From Candidatus Marinacidobacterales bacterium (GTDB lineage: Bacteria > Acidobacteriota > Vicinamibacteria > Marinacidobacterales > DATDRI01): a DNA stretch of 64,000 nucleotides. The translations under genes were made by a program, and so were the position numbers. The notes under the pieces were generated by a model. That model was not told where the DNA came from and searched no databases. It saw only the letters and a list, made by a program, of their open reading frames with translations. Shown piece after piece: positions 22,663 through 31,411 of this stretch (positions are counted from its first letter, which is position 1; each line of letters opens with the position of its first letter). The stretch lies in the NCBI GenBank assembly GCA_965197825.1, contig CBDANW010000002.1, positions 1,146,551 to 1,210,550 on the forward strand, in the 5' to 3' direction.

Positions 22663-22713
22663 CCGAACTCGGGGAACCATGCGGAGATTTGACAGGAAAA
22701 TTAAGACTTGACC

Positions 22714-22839
22714 CACCATCGAAAGCTACATGGCTTACGATCGGCCGGGTAACGTCGCAGAACTCTCGATGGTGATCGAAGGCGCGGGGAGGGCGAAATA
22801 CCGAGCGTATTCAACCGAGGCGCAACGCGCGCTCGAATG
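22714..22839 (+). pseudogene. Sigma-54-dependent activator remnant, part 2 (continues after the IS256 insertion)
   Basis: Same frame after the TSD: HTIESYMAYDRPGNVAELSMVIEGAGRAKYRAYSTEAQRALECNMTSGTGH*. It contains the conserved WPGNVRELEN-like motif (DRPGNVAELSM) that follows the HFL segment in NtrC-type proteins. No HTH follows. Confidence 0.6.
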
Positions 22840-22863
22840 CAACATGACTTCCGGGACGGGACA

Positions 22864-23445
22864 CTAGCCCACAGCGTCTATCTCGAGCGCTCCAAGGATC
22901 TCCGCCTGCTGCTCCGGGTTCAACTGCCCGCTCATCGCAAGCGAGATCGTGCCCGTTCCGTCGAGGACCAGAGTGGTGGGCACGCGCTCTACACCAAGGG
23001 TCACGATGGCGTCACGGCCGGCGAGAGAATAGACGTTCCAGGGCACTTGGTTGGTGTTTACGTACTGCGCCGTGCGGGAGGGCTCCAACACGGAAAGCGA
23101 GAGCACTTCGATCCCCGCCGCCTGGGCGGCTTGGTAGAGCTCCTTCCAAGCCGGCAGGGTTGCGTGGCAGATCGAACAGGTCGGAGAAAAGATAAAGAGA
23201 AGGATTGACCGGTCGGCAGTCGGCGGCCTGAGCTCCAGACGATCCCCTGTGAGCGAGATCAGAGGTACGACGGGAAGCGTATTCCCGGCGGCCAGCAGCG
23301 GACCAGCTGGCGGCGCTTGATCGACCGGCGACGCCCCCGGCTGGGCGGTAGTCGGCGCGGAAGGCTCGTTCCCCGCCTGAAGAAAGATGTATCCAGTAAC
23401 AGCAACCACGACGACCACGAAGATCAAGACCTGTTTGGTTAGCAC
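22864..23445 (-). CDS. Membrane-anchored thioredoxin-like thiol:disulfide oxidoreductase (TlpA/ResA-like)
   Basis: N-terminal TM helix, Pro/Ala-rich linker, thioredoxin fold with CxxC (SPTCSICHATLPAWKEL). Confidence 0.7.
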   Translation of the reverse strand: MLTKQVLIFVVVVVAVTGYIFLQAGNEPSAPTTAQPGASPVDQAPPAGPLLAAGNTLPVVPLISLTGDRLELRPPTADRSILLFIFSPTCSICHATLPAWKELYQAAQAAGIEVLSLSVLEPSRTAQYVNTNQVPWNVYSLAGRDAIVTLGVERVPTTLVLDGTGTISLAMSGQLNPEQQAEILGALEIDAVG

Positions 23446-23504
23446 TGTTTGGTTAGCACCGTTCGCTTCGGCTCCTGAGATTGGTTTTTCGCCATTATCT
23501 TGAC

Positions 23505-23540
23505 AAATCTGCGTTTTGGCGTTTAGACTAACGCGCCCTG
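23505..23540 (+). promoter_or_regulatory. Putative sigma-70-type promoter upstream of the pal-like gene
   Basis: cTTGACAaatctgcgttttggcgttTAGACTaacg: a -35 TTGACA and a -10-like TAGACT with a 17-18 bp spacer, about 140 bp upstream of the GTG start at 23677. An AGGAGG RBS precedes the start. Confidence 0.3.
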
Positions 23541-23676
23541 AAGGATTCGCCGGTCCCGTGCCTCCAGAGTGACACGCACATTGTTTGGGCCTTCCCCCCC
23601 GGGGGAACGATCTGTGACCGGTGTCACGATGAATGCATTCAACACTTACATATCATAACGCGCAGGAGGTGAGTTC

Positions 23677-24228
23677 GTGAAGAAACGATGGATAACCTCG
23701 CTAGGGCTGGTTGTCCTTATGGCGGTTCTGGCAACGGGGCTGGTTGGCTGCAGTAAGGAAGTACCTCCACCCCCACCTCCTCCGGCCGAGGAGCCACCAC
23801 CGCCACCACCGCCCCCACCACCCCCACCGCCACCCCCAGAGCCCACAGACGCGGACCGCTTTTCTGCCGCTTCGATCGCCCAGCTCGAGGGGAACTTGAC
23901 GGACGCCCATTTCGACTACGACCGGTCCGATCTACGGCAGGATGCCAGAGATGCGTTGGCCAGTAGCTCGGAGTGGCTAAAGCTCAGCTACAACACGGCG
24001 GTGATCGAGATCGAGGGGCACTGCGACGAGCGAGGGACCGTGGAGTACAACCTGGCACTCGGCGAGCGCCGAGCCCAGTCGGCCATGGACTATCTTGTCT
24101 CTCTTGGCGTCCCTGCCAACCGGCTCCGTACCATCAGTTATGGTAAGGACCGACCGGTTTGCACCGACTCGAACGAGAGCTGCTGGCAGCAGAATCGCAG
24201 GGCCCACCTGCGGATCGCTTCCAAGTAA
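23677..24228 (+). CDS. OmpA-family peptidoglycan-associated lipoprotein (Pal-like)
   Basis: Lipobox LVGCS, Pro-rich linker (PPPPPPPAEEPPPPPPPPPPPPPPPEP), C-terminal OmpA domain (HCDERGTVEYNLALGERRAQSAMDYLVSLGV...RLRTISYGKDRP). Confidence 0.85.
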   Translation: MKKRWITSLGLVVLMAVLATGLVGCSKEVPPPPPPPAEEPPPPPPPPPPPPPPPEPTDADRFSAASIAQLEGNLTDAHFDYDRSDLRQDARDALASSSEWLKLSYNTAVIEIEGHCDERGTVEYNLALGERRAQSAMDYLVSLGVPANRLRTISYGKDRPVCTDSNESCWQQNRRAHLRIASK

Positions 24229-24282
24229 TCAGTCCCGAGGGAAGACCCCGGCCGCACCAAAGCCGGGGTCTTCTCTAGGGCA

Positions 24283-24582
24283 CTAGGCCGGATCCAGCAC
24301 CTCCTCTTTTTTCAGACGGTCTCGAAGAGCCTGTTCGGTGAGTCGGAACTTGAAGGCTTTGCGCCCGTTCACGAAGAGAACCGGGATCTGTTCCGCATAG
24401 ACGGCTGAGAGCTCAGAGTCCTGGGAGATATCCACTTCCCGAACCGTCGCCGGGACGCCGCCTGCCTTCCCGATGACGCGGTCCACCACCACCATCATCT
24501 CCTCACAAAGATGGCAACCCGGTTTGCTGTAGAGGACCAGCTCGACGGATCGAGACCGCGAGCCGCGCGATCGAAACCACAT
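24283..24582 (-). CDS. Small glutaredoxin-like protein (Grx2/DUF836-like, CxxC)
   Basis: VELVLYSKPGCHLCEEMMVVVDRV...IPVLFVNGRKAFKFRL. The ORF-track entry to 24744 is a 5' extension overlapping pyrF. The Met at 24582 sits a few nt after the pyrF stop, suggesting translational coupling. Confidence 0.65.
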   Translation of the reverse strand: MWFRSRGSRSRSVELVLYSKPGCHLCEEMMVVVDRVIGKAGGVPATVREVDISQDSELSAVYAEQIPVLFVNGRKAFKFRLTEQALRDRLKKEEVLDPA

Positions 24583-24587
24583 GGGAT

Positions 24588-25307
24588 TCAGGCTGATTCG
24601 AGCTCGTCCAGGACGCGTAAGGCCGCCGCGCGCGGGTCTGCCTGAGTCGTGATGGCGCGACCCACCACGATGTAACGAGCCCCGGAACGAGCCACTTCGG
24701 CGGGAGTCGCGATCCTCGTTTGGTCGTGAGCCTGACTGGCCCACTCCGGCCGTACGCCTGGCACCAGCACGGCCAGCTCGTCCTCGGTGGCTTCCCTGAC
24801 CGCGGCCACCTCATGGGCCGAGGCAACGACGCCATCCAAACCGCTACGGTGAGCCAAACGCGCCAGGCGCACCACTTGTTCTCGGCTGCCCCCCGCAACG
24901 CCCACCGAACGTAGATCCTCATCCGCGAGATGGGTCAGAACCGTCACGCCGAAGACCAAGGTCCGATGTCCCTCCTGGCGTTCCTCAAGGGCGGACTCGG
25001 CGGCGGCGGTCATCATCGCCGTGCCCCCGGAAGCGTGGACGTCCACGAGGTTCACCCCGAGCTGGGAGGCTGCGGCCACCGCACGTCCAACAGTGTTCGG
25101 GATGTCGTGAAATTTCAGATCCAGGAAGACCCGCACGCCCGAACGGCACAGCGCCTCGACGACTTGCGGTCCCGCGACGGTGAAGAGCTCCTTGCCGACC
25201 TTGAAGTACTCCACCAGTCCGTCCAAGCGATCCCTGAGCTCCAGAGCGGGCCGGGGATCGGGAAAATCGAGGGCGACAATAAGTGTGGGCGGAGTCGGCG
25301 AAGTCAT
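24588..25307 (-). CDS. pyrF: Orotidine 5'-phosphate decarboxylase
   Basis: LIVALDFPD, KVGKELF, DLKFHDIPNTV motifs; 239 aa. Confidence 0.9.
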   Translation of the reverse strand: MTSPTPPTLIVALDFPDPRPALELRDRLDGLVEYFKVGKELFTVAGPQVVEALCRSGVRVFLDLKFHDIPNTVGRAVAAASQLGVNLVDVHASGGTAMMTAAAESALEERQEGHRTLVFGVTVLTHLADEDLRSVGVAGGSREQVVRLARLAHRSGLDGVVASAHEVAAVREATEDELAVLVPGVRPEWASQAHDQTRIATPAEVARSGARYIVVGRAITTQADPRAAALRVLDELESA

Positions 25308-25320
25308 TACCAGTCATTAC
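25301..25320. repeat. 10-bp tandem duplication (gtcattacca x2) at the pyrD stop / pyrF start junction
   Basis: agtcattaccagtcattaccagc. On the coding strand it reads TGGTAATGAC TGGTAATGAC. The first unit supplies the pyrD W-stop and the second supplies the pyrF ATG. A single unit would give a TAATG stop/start overlap. Confidence 0.8.
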
Positions 25321-26255
25321 CAGCTGGGGGGCAATTCACCCTCGACCCGAAGCGTTCCGGAAACCTCGGCGATCGACAACACCCCATGGCGACGACAGTA
25401 GTCCTCGAGACCGCCGAGCGTCCTCGACCAAACGGACGGATCGACGAAGTTCATCGTGCCGATCTGGACCGCGCGGGCACCGGCAATCAAGAACTCCAAC
25501 GCGTCCTCTGCGGAACCGATACCTCCTATGCCAATCACGGGTATCCCGACCGCCTGGGCGGTCTGATAGACGAGTCGAACCGCAATGGGGCGTATCGCCG
25601 GACCGGACAGTCCTCCCACCACGTTCGCCAGCCTGGGTCGACGCGTCTCGACGTCGATGGCCATCGCGGGGATGGTGTTGATCAACGAAAGCGCGTCGGC
25701 CCCCGCGGACTCGACGCGTCGTGCGACGACCGCGATGTCCGTCACGTTGGGGCTCAGCTTGGGAATCACCGGGAGCGTCGTCGCGGCGCGAACCAACTCC
25801 GTCACTCGAGCCGCCAGGTCGGGGTCGCAACCGAAAAGAATCCCGCCCTCTTTCACATTTGGGCAGGAGATGTTGATCTCGATGCCCGACACGCCTTCCA
25901 CGTCATTCAGAATGCGCGCCAGCTCGCCGTATTCCTCGAGCGTACTCCCGCAGATATTCACCACGACAGCCGGGCCCAGCTTACGGAGCTCGGGTAGCTT
26001 CTCCTCGATGAAGCGGGTAACGCCTATTTCCTGTAGCCCGATGGCGTTCAACATCCCAGACGGCGTTTCCCAGATGCGCGGTGGTGGGGAGCCCGGCCGT
26101 GGGTTGAGGTACAGCCCCTTCACCGCGATCGCACCGATGGCGGAGTAGTTGACGACGTCACTATACTCCGTGCCGTACCCGAAGGTGCCGCTCGCGGCAA
26201 TCAGAGGCGTGGCCAGCTTTAAATCGGAAATCTCGACGGACAGATCAGGACGCAT
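25317..26255 (-). CDS. pyrD: Dihydroorotate dehydrogenase catalytic subunit, class 1B
   Basis: LIAASGTFGYG, IAVKG, NISCPN, GGIGSAEDALEF motifs; 312 aa. Sits downstream of the PyrK electron-transfer subunit. Confidence 0.9.
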   Translation of the reverse strand: MRPDLSVEISDLKLATPLIAASGTFGYGTEYSDVVNYSAIGAIAVKGLYLNPRPGSPPPRIWETPSGMLNAIGLQEIGVTRFIEEKLPELRKLGPAVVVNICGSTLEEYGELARILNDVEGVSGIEINISCPNVKEGGILFGCDPDLAARVTELVRAATTLPVIPKLSPNVTDIAVVARRVESAGADALSLINTIPAMAIDVETRRPRLANVVGGLSGPAIRPIAVRLVYQTAQAVGIPVIGIGGIGSAEDALEFLIAGARAVQIGTMNFVDPSVWSRTLGGLEDYCRRHGVLSIAEVSGTLRVEGELPPSW

Positions 26256-26312
26256 CAGCCTCAGCCAGGCTCAATCCGGCTCAATCGGGTGGCATCACGT
26301 GCGGCATCGTTG

Positions 26313-27128
26313 TTAAAGGGGATGCGGGTCTCGGTCCCATAGGATATGGTCGGCTTCGAAAACGGGGCCTTCGGTGCAAGCGCGCCGGTACTCTCCCTCT
26401 GCTTCCGTTTGCCCGGGCAGATGGGTGAAAACGACGCAACCCAAACAGCAGCCCATGCCGCAACCCATGCGCCGCTCGATGGAGACCTGGTGAGGCACCT
26501 TCCGCTCGGCCGCTATTTCCGCAACGCGTCTCAACATGCCGGACGGACCACAGGAATAGAGCCGAACCAGTTGGGACTCGTCCAAGACTTCCGTCAAGAG
26601 ATCCGTGACGACTCCCCGCCGACCTTGGCTGCCGTCTTCCGTGGTACAGGCAACGTCCATTCCCAACTCGGCGAACTCGTCCTTCAAATAGAGGTCGTGT
26701 GACTGGCGCCCTCCCAGAAGGACCTTGGCCACCACTCCTGCTCGCGCCAACGACTCGCAAAAGCAGAGGAACGGCGCAATGCCCACGCCGCCCGCCACGA
26801 TGACCGGTCGCATTCCCTCGGACGGTGGATCGAACGACGTTCCCAATGGTCCAAGACAATGGACTTGCCCACCTATCGGTAGCTCAGCCAAGGCTCGCGT
26901 CCCTTGCCCCACCACTTTCACGAGAAGACTAAAACGACTCTTCTCCGGTTGAGCCGAGCAGATGGAATAGGGGCGCCGCAGCAAAAGACCCTCGCCGGGA
27001 GTTCGCAGCATCGTGAACTGACCGGGTAAGAACGTCGTCGAGAGGTTCGGTGCTTCGAAGAAAAGGAGCTGGGCATCCGGTGAGAGGACGCGCCGGTCGA
27101 CTAAAACCGCCCTCTCGTCTTCCTTCAT
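26313..27128 (-). CDS. pyrK: Dihydroorotate dehydrogenase electron-transfer subunit
   Basis: FAD/NAD-binding ferredoxin-reductase fold (RPYSI) and C-terminal 2Fe-2S motif CGMGCCLGC; 271 aa. Confidence 0.9.
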   Translation of the reverse strand: MKEDERAVLVDRRVLSPDAQLLFFEAPNLSTTFLPGQFTMLRTPGEGLLLRRPYSICSAQPEKSRFSLLVKVVGQGTRALAELPIGGQVHCLGPLGTSFDPPSEGMRPVIVAGGVGIAPFLCFCESLARAGVVAKVLLGGRQSHDLYLKDEFAELGMDVACTTEDGSQGRRGVVTDLLTEVLDESQLVRLYSCGPSGMLRRVAEIAAERKVPHQVSIERRMGCGMGCCLGCVVFTHLPGQTEAEGEYRRACTEGPVFEADHILWDRDPHPL

Positions 27129-27213
27129 TTCGCAACGAGTATAACACGAAGGCTTCGATGGTCATTGTGGGGCCAGCCCAGTCTTTGACACCGACTTACG
27201 AATGTGATAATCA

Positions 27214-28461
27214 ATGAGGACACAAAACAGTCAAAAGTACCCAAAAAAAAAACAACCGAAGAAAACCGTGTTCAGCTACCAAGACATAGGTCTAGCACTC
27301 GACTCTCGTGAGTGCGTCGTCCTCCACTCCCGGCGGGGGGAGGTCGAAGAACAGCGGACGCCTGCCCTCGCACAAGTCAACGGAAGAGAGATTCGCGCGG
27401 TTGGCCAGATAGCCTTTCGCCTGGTCGGTAAATCGAACGACATCGTTTACGTCTTTCCCGGGCGGGTCGAAGACCCGCTCGTGCTCAGCGGCTATCTGGA
27501 AATTATCGTTCCACCGTCCTCGAGCTGGTCCCGGCGACGCCTGTGGGCCACCGTTCCCACCGCCTCCAGCCTTCAAATGCAGCTGAATCTGAGAAGCTGT
27601 CTCGACCACAGCATTCGCTCCAAAGACATCATCCTGGTTCCGGAGATCCTCGCCGCCGCTTTGGGTGCCGGGCTGCCGGTCCTGAGACACGATGAAGACT
27701 CTCACCGGGCGCGCATGGTGGTGCACGTCGGCAGCACACGGATCGCTGCCGGCGTCTTCGTGGACGGAAATCTAGCGAGCCTGGTGGTGCGGGATGGCAG
27801 CTGGGATCGCCTCGTTCGCGACGTGCAGGAAAACCTTCAGTTCCGACTCGGCACGACCTTCGGTTTCAATACATTTCACAAAGTGGTTCGCACACTGTCC
27901 AAGAGCTTCTTCGATCGGCAGGTGAACGACGCGACCCGAGTCAGGACACCTCCCAATCAGGATATCCCGACCTCCCCACCGACGAGTGTGCCGCCGGTTG
28001 AAGCGGTGCCGGCCGAGCTCGAGCCCGCGGGCGAGGTGCTTCCCGAGGTGTCTCCTCCGTCCAATCTACGAAGCTTCAGTGAGCGAGGGCTCATCGAATA
28101 CGTCATCGAGGACGAGACCATCAGCCGGGCGATCGATCTTCAGCTGAAGAATCTCATGTTCGCCATCGAGAAGGTCATCTTCGGCTGCTTCGCCGAATTG
28201 AAGGGCGCCGGGCGAGGGGAGATCGCGAGCGATCTCTTTTCTGACCGAATCCTACTCTGCGGGGACGTCTACTTCGAGCCGGCCGCTTTGACGCGGTATT
28301 TCTCTCGCCTGACTCGATTTCGCTTCGAAAGCGTGAACGGGCATTCCGTTTCCAAGGGACTTCGCCGCATCTTGACCTCGGATCCGATTCACAAGAAGAA
28401 CTATCGAGAGCTCGCCGGAACCATCAACGAGATGGAGCGCCTCCACCAGAGCCGCATCTAG
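27214..28461 (+). CDS. Divergent MreB-like actin-fold (ASKHA) protein with degenerate nucleotide-binding motifs and a Pro-rich insertion
   Basis: Aligns by eye to MreB along its length. ILVPEILAAALGAGLPV matches LIEEPMAAAIGAGLPV, MVVHVGSTRIAAGVFVDG matches MVVDIGGGTTEVAVISLNG, and RILLCGDVYFE matches IVLTGGGALL. Phosphate-1 reads QDIGLALDSRE instead of DLGTANT. It also has a Lys-rich N-terminus and a PTSPPTSVPPVEAVPAELEPAGEVLPEVSPP insert. Confidence 0.6.
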   Translation: MRTQNSQKYPKKKQPKKTVFSYQDIGLALDSRECVVLHSRRGEVEEQRTPALAQVNGREIRAVGQIAFRLVGKSNDIVYVFPGRVEDPLVLSGYLEIIVPPSSSWSRRRLWATVPTASSLQMQLNLRSCLDHSIRSKDIILVPEILAAALGAGLPVLRHDEDSHRARMVVHVGSTRIAAGVFVDGNLASLVVRDGSWDRLVRDVQENLQFRLGTTFGFNTFHKVVRTLSKSFFDRQVNDATRVRTPPNQDIPTSPPTSVPPVEAVPAELEPAGEVLPEVSPPSNLRSFSERGLIEYVIEDETISRAIDLQLKNLMFAIEKVIFGCFAELKGAGRGEIASDLFSDRILLCGDVYFEPAALTRYFSRLTRFRFESVNGHSVSKGLRRILTSDPIHKKNYRELAGTINEMERLHQSRI

Positions 28462-28556
28462 CGACTTCGCTTCGCCAAAACCGCACCGCAAGGCGCTGAC
28501 TCCCCAGGGAGCCGTCAACACCCCAGACGGTGGATGTCGGCGTGGGTCGGCTAGAG

Positions 28557-29291
28557 TCAGGCGGCGTAGACGGTTTGATAGATGCGACCGATCTTCCCTC
28601 GCTGCGTGAGCCTATAGAAGTGGCGCAGCTCGGTGAGTAGATCGGCGACCCGAGACCGACTGAGGAAACGCCGCATCAAGAAGGAGCAGTAGCTCCGCGC
28701 AAAGGAGCTTGCGGTTAGGTAGCGCTCGCGACGGGTGTGATCCAACCCGTCGCGCAAGTCGAAATCGTCGAACAGGCGGTCCAGGAGTTTGGTCGGGATC
28801 CGGCCGCCGTTCTCGCGAGCCATCAACAGCGCCGACGTGACGAATTTGTCGACTTCCGCCTGAAGCTCCAGCTCCAGTTGAGTGACCGACTTGTCGCGGT
28901 TGGCGTTCCACATCAGATACGCAAAATGGCTGACTTCCTCGATCGCGGTGCAGAGCGCGGCGAAGTGATCCGAAGCAAGTCCGTTGGAGAGATCGAGCAC
29001 GTCCAAACGAGCGAGCGTTTCCTCGCCAATGTAGACGCCCAGCTCGATCTCTTCGTCTTCCTCGCCCTGGTGGACGATCACCGCTCCCCCCACGGTGCGC
29101 TCGCCTGACAGGATCTGGCAGGTCTCCCGGCTTATCAGGAACTGCTCGATCTCGACCTGGAGCTCCAGGTCGTAGATACGATCGAGCTGGGATAGGAGGT
29201 TCGCGAGCATCGAACGACGCCTACTGGAGGATCTTCGGGCCCGGAGCGGGAAGAACGCCGTGCTCACGCAACATCGCGCCAGCGCGCTCAC
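28557..29291 (-). CDS. Hypothetical protein (no recognisable family)
   Basis: 244-aa ORF with uniform coding potential, downstream of and nearly abutting the 29221-29835 gene. The likely start is the internal Met (MLANLLSQLDRIYD) at about 29210. No motif recognised. Confidence 0.4.
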   Translation of the reverse strand: MSALARCCVSTAFFPLRARRSSSRRRSMLANLLSQLDRIYDLELQVEIEQFLISRETCQILSGERTVGGAVIVHQGEEDEEIELGVYIGEETLARLDVLDLSNGLASDHFAALCTAIEEVSHFAYLMWNANRDKSVTQLELELQAEVDKFVTSALLMARENGGRIPTKLLDRLFDDFDLRDGLDHTRRERYLTASSFARSYCSFLMRRFLSRSRVADLLTELRHFYRLTQRGKIGRIYQTVYAA

Positions 29292-29835
29292 TCCCCGTCC
29301 GCAGCCACTTCTCGTAAAGCCGGAGCAGGCTCGTGTGATCGGTGAGCGCGCTGGCCTCGCTCACTTCGGTCAACACGTCCACGAAACAAGGGAACTTCTC
29401 GGAAAGCTCTTCGAACACTGCCGCCGCGGTTTGATAGGCACTCAAGCGCGCGGCCCTCCCGTAAGCGTAGCATCCCATGCTCACGTAGTAGTCGAAATCG
29501 ACGGGCTTGCGCGCGACGCTGTCCGAGAAGAATCCGGAGATGAACAACGACAGGTCACCGGTCGCCTTGAACAGGGTGAATCGACGCGCGTCTCCGCCGG
29601 CGATCGCTTCGCAGAGCAGGTGAGCGAGAGGCTGGTCGTAGTCGACCCCCGCATCTCGATACGCGCGGTCGGGGCGGACGAAAGAATCGAGGAGCTGTAC
29701 CAAGTAGAACGCCGACACTTCGCTCGACGCCACTTTCTGTTTCGCCATCGCTTTTTCGACTAGTTCCCGAAAATACTCAGTAGGCGTTTGGGCATTCACG
29801 GAACTCTCCTTCGCTTGCAACCGGTTGTGATACAT
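29221..29835 (-). CDS. Hypothetical protein (no recognisable family)
   Basis: 204-aa ORF. Its stop overlaps or is within 10 nt of the next gene start, suggesting an operon with 28557-29291. No motif recognised. Confidence 0.4.
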   Translation of the reverse strand: MYHNRLQAKESSVNAQTPTEYFRELVEKAMAKQKVASSEVSAFYLVQLLDSFVRPDRAYRDAGVDYDQPLAHLLCEAIAGGDARRFTLFKATGDLSLFISGFFSDSVARKPVDFDYYVSMGCYAYGRAARLSAYQTAAAVFEELSEKFPCFVDVLTEVSEASALTDHTSLLRLYEKWLRTGSERAGAMLREHGVLPAPGPKILQ

Positions 29836-30014
29836 ATGGAGATTCTAAGCAAGATTCGTGCACAAGAGTACCCAGGCCGGCTGTATTTCAACCAACCCCA
29901 TGAAAACAAAAGGATTAGATTCCGACCGCGAGAAGAGGCCGACGGGCCTTGTGGGGTTCCGGCCCCGCGTCTTATGTACACTCTTCCGTACATTCCGTCG
30001 AAGCCGCGATCGAC

Positions 30015-30491
30015 TCAAATATCGAGCAACCTTCCGTGCTCGACCATGATGCAACGATTCATCACCACCGCGATCCCCGCGTCTTGGGCTCTAAGCGCCG
30101 ACTCGTCGTCGATGACACCAAGTTGAAACCACAAAGCCGGGACACCCGCCGCGATCGCCTCGTCGGTGTGCCGGGGTAGGTGTCGCGGGCGCCGGAACAC
30201 GTTCACCAGATCGATCGTCTCCGGAACATCAGCCAAGCGCGCATAACACGGCCGGCCGAGTATCTCTTCGCTGTCTGGACGCACGCCGAAGACGAGGTAG
30301 CCGCGATCGATCAAGTAGGTGGCGATCCGGTGGCTCGGCCGGTGAGGCTGGGGCGACAAGCCCACCACCGCGATGGTACGGACTCGCTTCAGGAGGTCCC
30401 GGATCTCGGCGTCGGTTGGGTTCTTGAAGCCGCGGCCAGACGTGCCCAATGGACTCCTTTCATCCCACGAACGACGCTCTTCGTAACCCAC
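30015..30491 (-). CDS. CoA-binding domain protein (YccU-like)
   Basis: IAVVGLSPQPHRPSHRIATYLIDRGYLVFGVRP...ETIDLVNVFRRP...AIAAGVPALWFQLGV fits the small CoA-binding family. Confidence 0.75.
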   Translation of the reverse strand: MGYEERRSWDERSPLGTSGRGFKNPTDAEIRDLLKRVRTIAVVGLSPQPHRPSHRIATYLIDRGYLVFGVRPDSEEILGRPCYARLADVPETIDLVNVFRRPRHLPRHTDEAIAAGVPALWFQLGVIDDESALRAQDAGIAVVMNRCIMVEHGRLLDI

Positions 30492-30610
30492 TGAGGCCGT
30501 GCAGTTTTGACATATTATCCCCGAACGTGCAAAAATAGGAGACTTTTCTCTTCCCGTGCGGGTGTTTTCTTCAAGTATCCGGTAGCAAACGGTTCTCCGA
30601 ATCGGAAAGC

Positions 30611-31411
30611 ATGGACTTTCTCAAGAACGTCTTGCCGGCCCCGGTGGTCGACATCTTTGTCCCCATCTTCCTGGTTCTGCTGGCAGTCTACTTCCTGCAC
30701 AGTTATCTGATTCCGCCTTTGAAGCGTAAGCTCCAGGAGTCGGGAGCCTGGCGCCAGATCGTTGATCGTTTCGGGGGCGAGAGGCTACGCCAGCTCCAGT
30801 TCAACCGTGAAATCGCGAGCCTGAAGAAAAGTGGCGATCTCATGGGGGCCGCACAACTCTACGAAGACGCGGAGTGGTACGAGCAAGCTATCGAGACCTA
30901 CATCGGGGCCGGTGAATTCATCGCCGCCGGGACGCTCTACGAGAAGTTGGAGTACTGGGAGCACGCCGCCGACATGTACCGGCAGGCCGACGACTGAAAA
31001 CGAGCCGCCAACACCTTAGCCTCCGCCGGGCAAGGCGTAAAGGCCGCCGAGGTCTACGAAGAACACGGACAGAAGATCGACGCGGCGAAGCTTTACTTCG
31101 ATGCGGGGCGATTCGACCGCGCGGCCGAGTTGTACGAAGCCGTCTCCTACTATCCCCAGGCAGCGCAAGCCTACGGGAAGCTGGGAAATTCCATGAAGGC
31201 CGCGGAAAGCTACGAGAACCAACAGAGCGAGTCCCTCCTGCAAGCGGCCAACGTGTATCTCCGCGCCGAAAAGAAAGAAGAAGCGGCCACGATGTTTGCG
31301 AAAGGCGGAGACGCTTTGATGGCCGCCAAGCTCTACGCAGACATCGGCAAAGACGCCGAGGCCTCGGAGCTATTCGAGAAGGCAGAACATTACTTCGAAG
31401 CGGGCCGACTA
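30611..31411 (+). pseudogene. 5' part of a repeat-protein/kinase-like gene: tandem 13-residue AAxxYxxxGxxxx repeats, in-frame TGA, then IS630 insertion
   Basis: ORFs 30611-30997 and 31130-31429 are in the same frame, separated by a single TGA (30995-30997). At least 10 consecutive 13-aa units are present (AAEVYEEHGQKID, AAKLYFDAGRFDR, AAELYEAVSYYPQ, AAQAYGKLGNSMK, ...). Confidence 0.6.

Larger units (their letters stand above)
21156..22713 (+). mobile_element. IS256-family insertion sequence, copy C1 (1558 bp) with 8-bp target-site duplication
   Basis: Imperfect terminal IRs ggtgatgtcttaagatccctgtcaaag / ctttgacaggaaaattaagacttgacc. Flanked by direct caccatcg at 21148-21155 and 22714-22721. 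Second copy at 58059-59458. Confidence 0.9.

Noticed and set aside
23646-23910. Gly-rich and Arg/Trp-rich ORFs antisense to the pal Pro-rich linker (23646..23846, 23701..23910)
   Set aside because: They are mirror images of the CCN-rich linker codons. Pal itself has a lipobox, linker and OmpA domain.
24503-25317. ORFs 24503..24922 and 24985..25317 overlapping pyrF
   Set aside because: Out-of-frame or antisense to pyrF, with Arg-rich translations.
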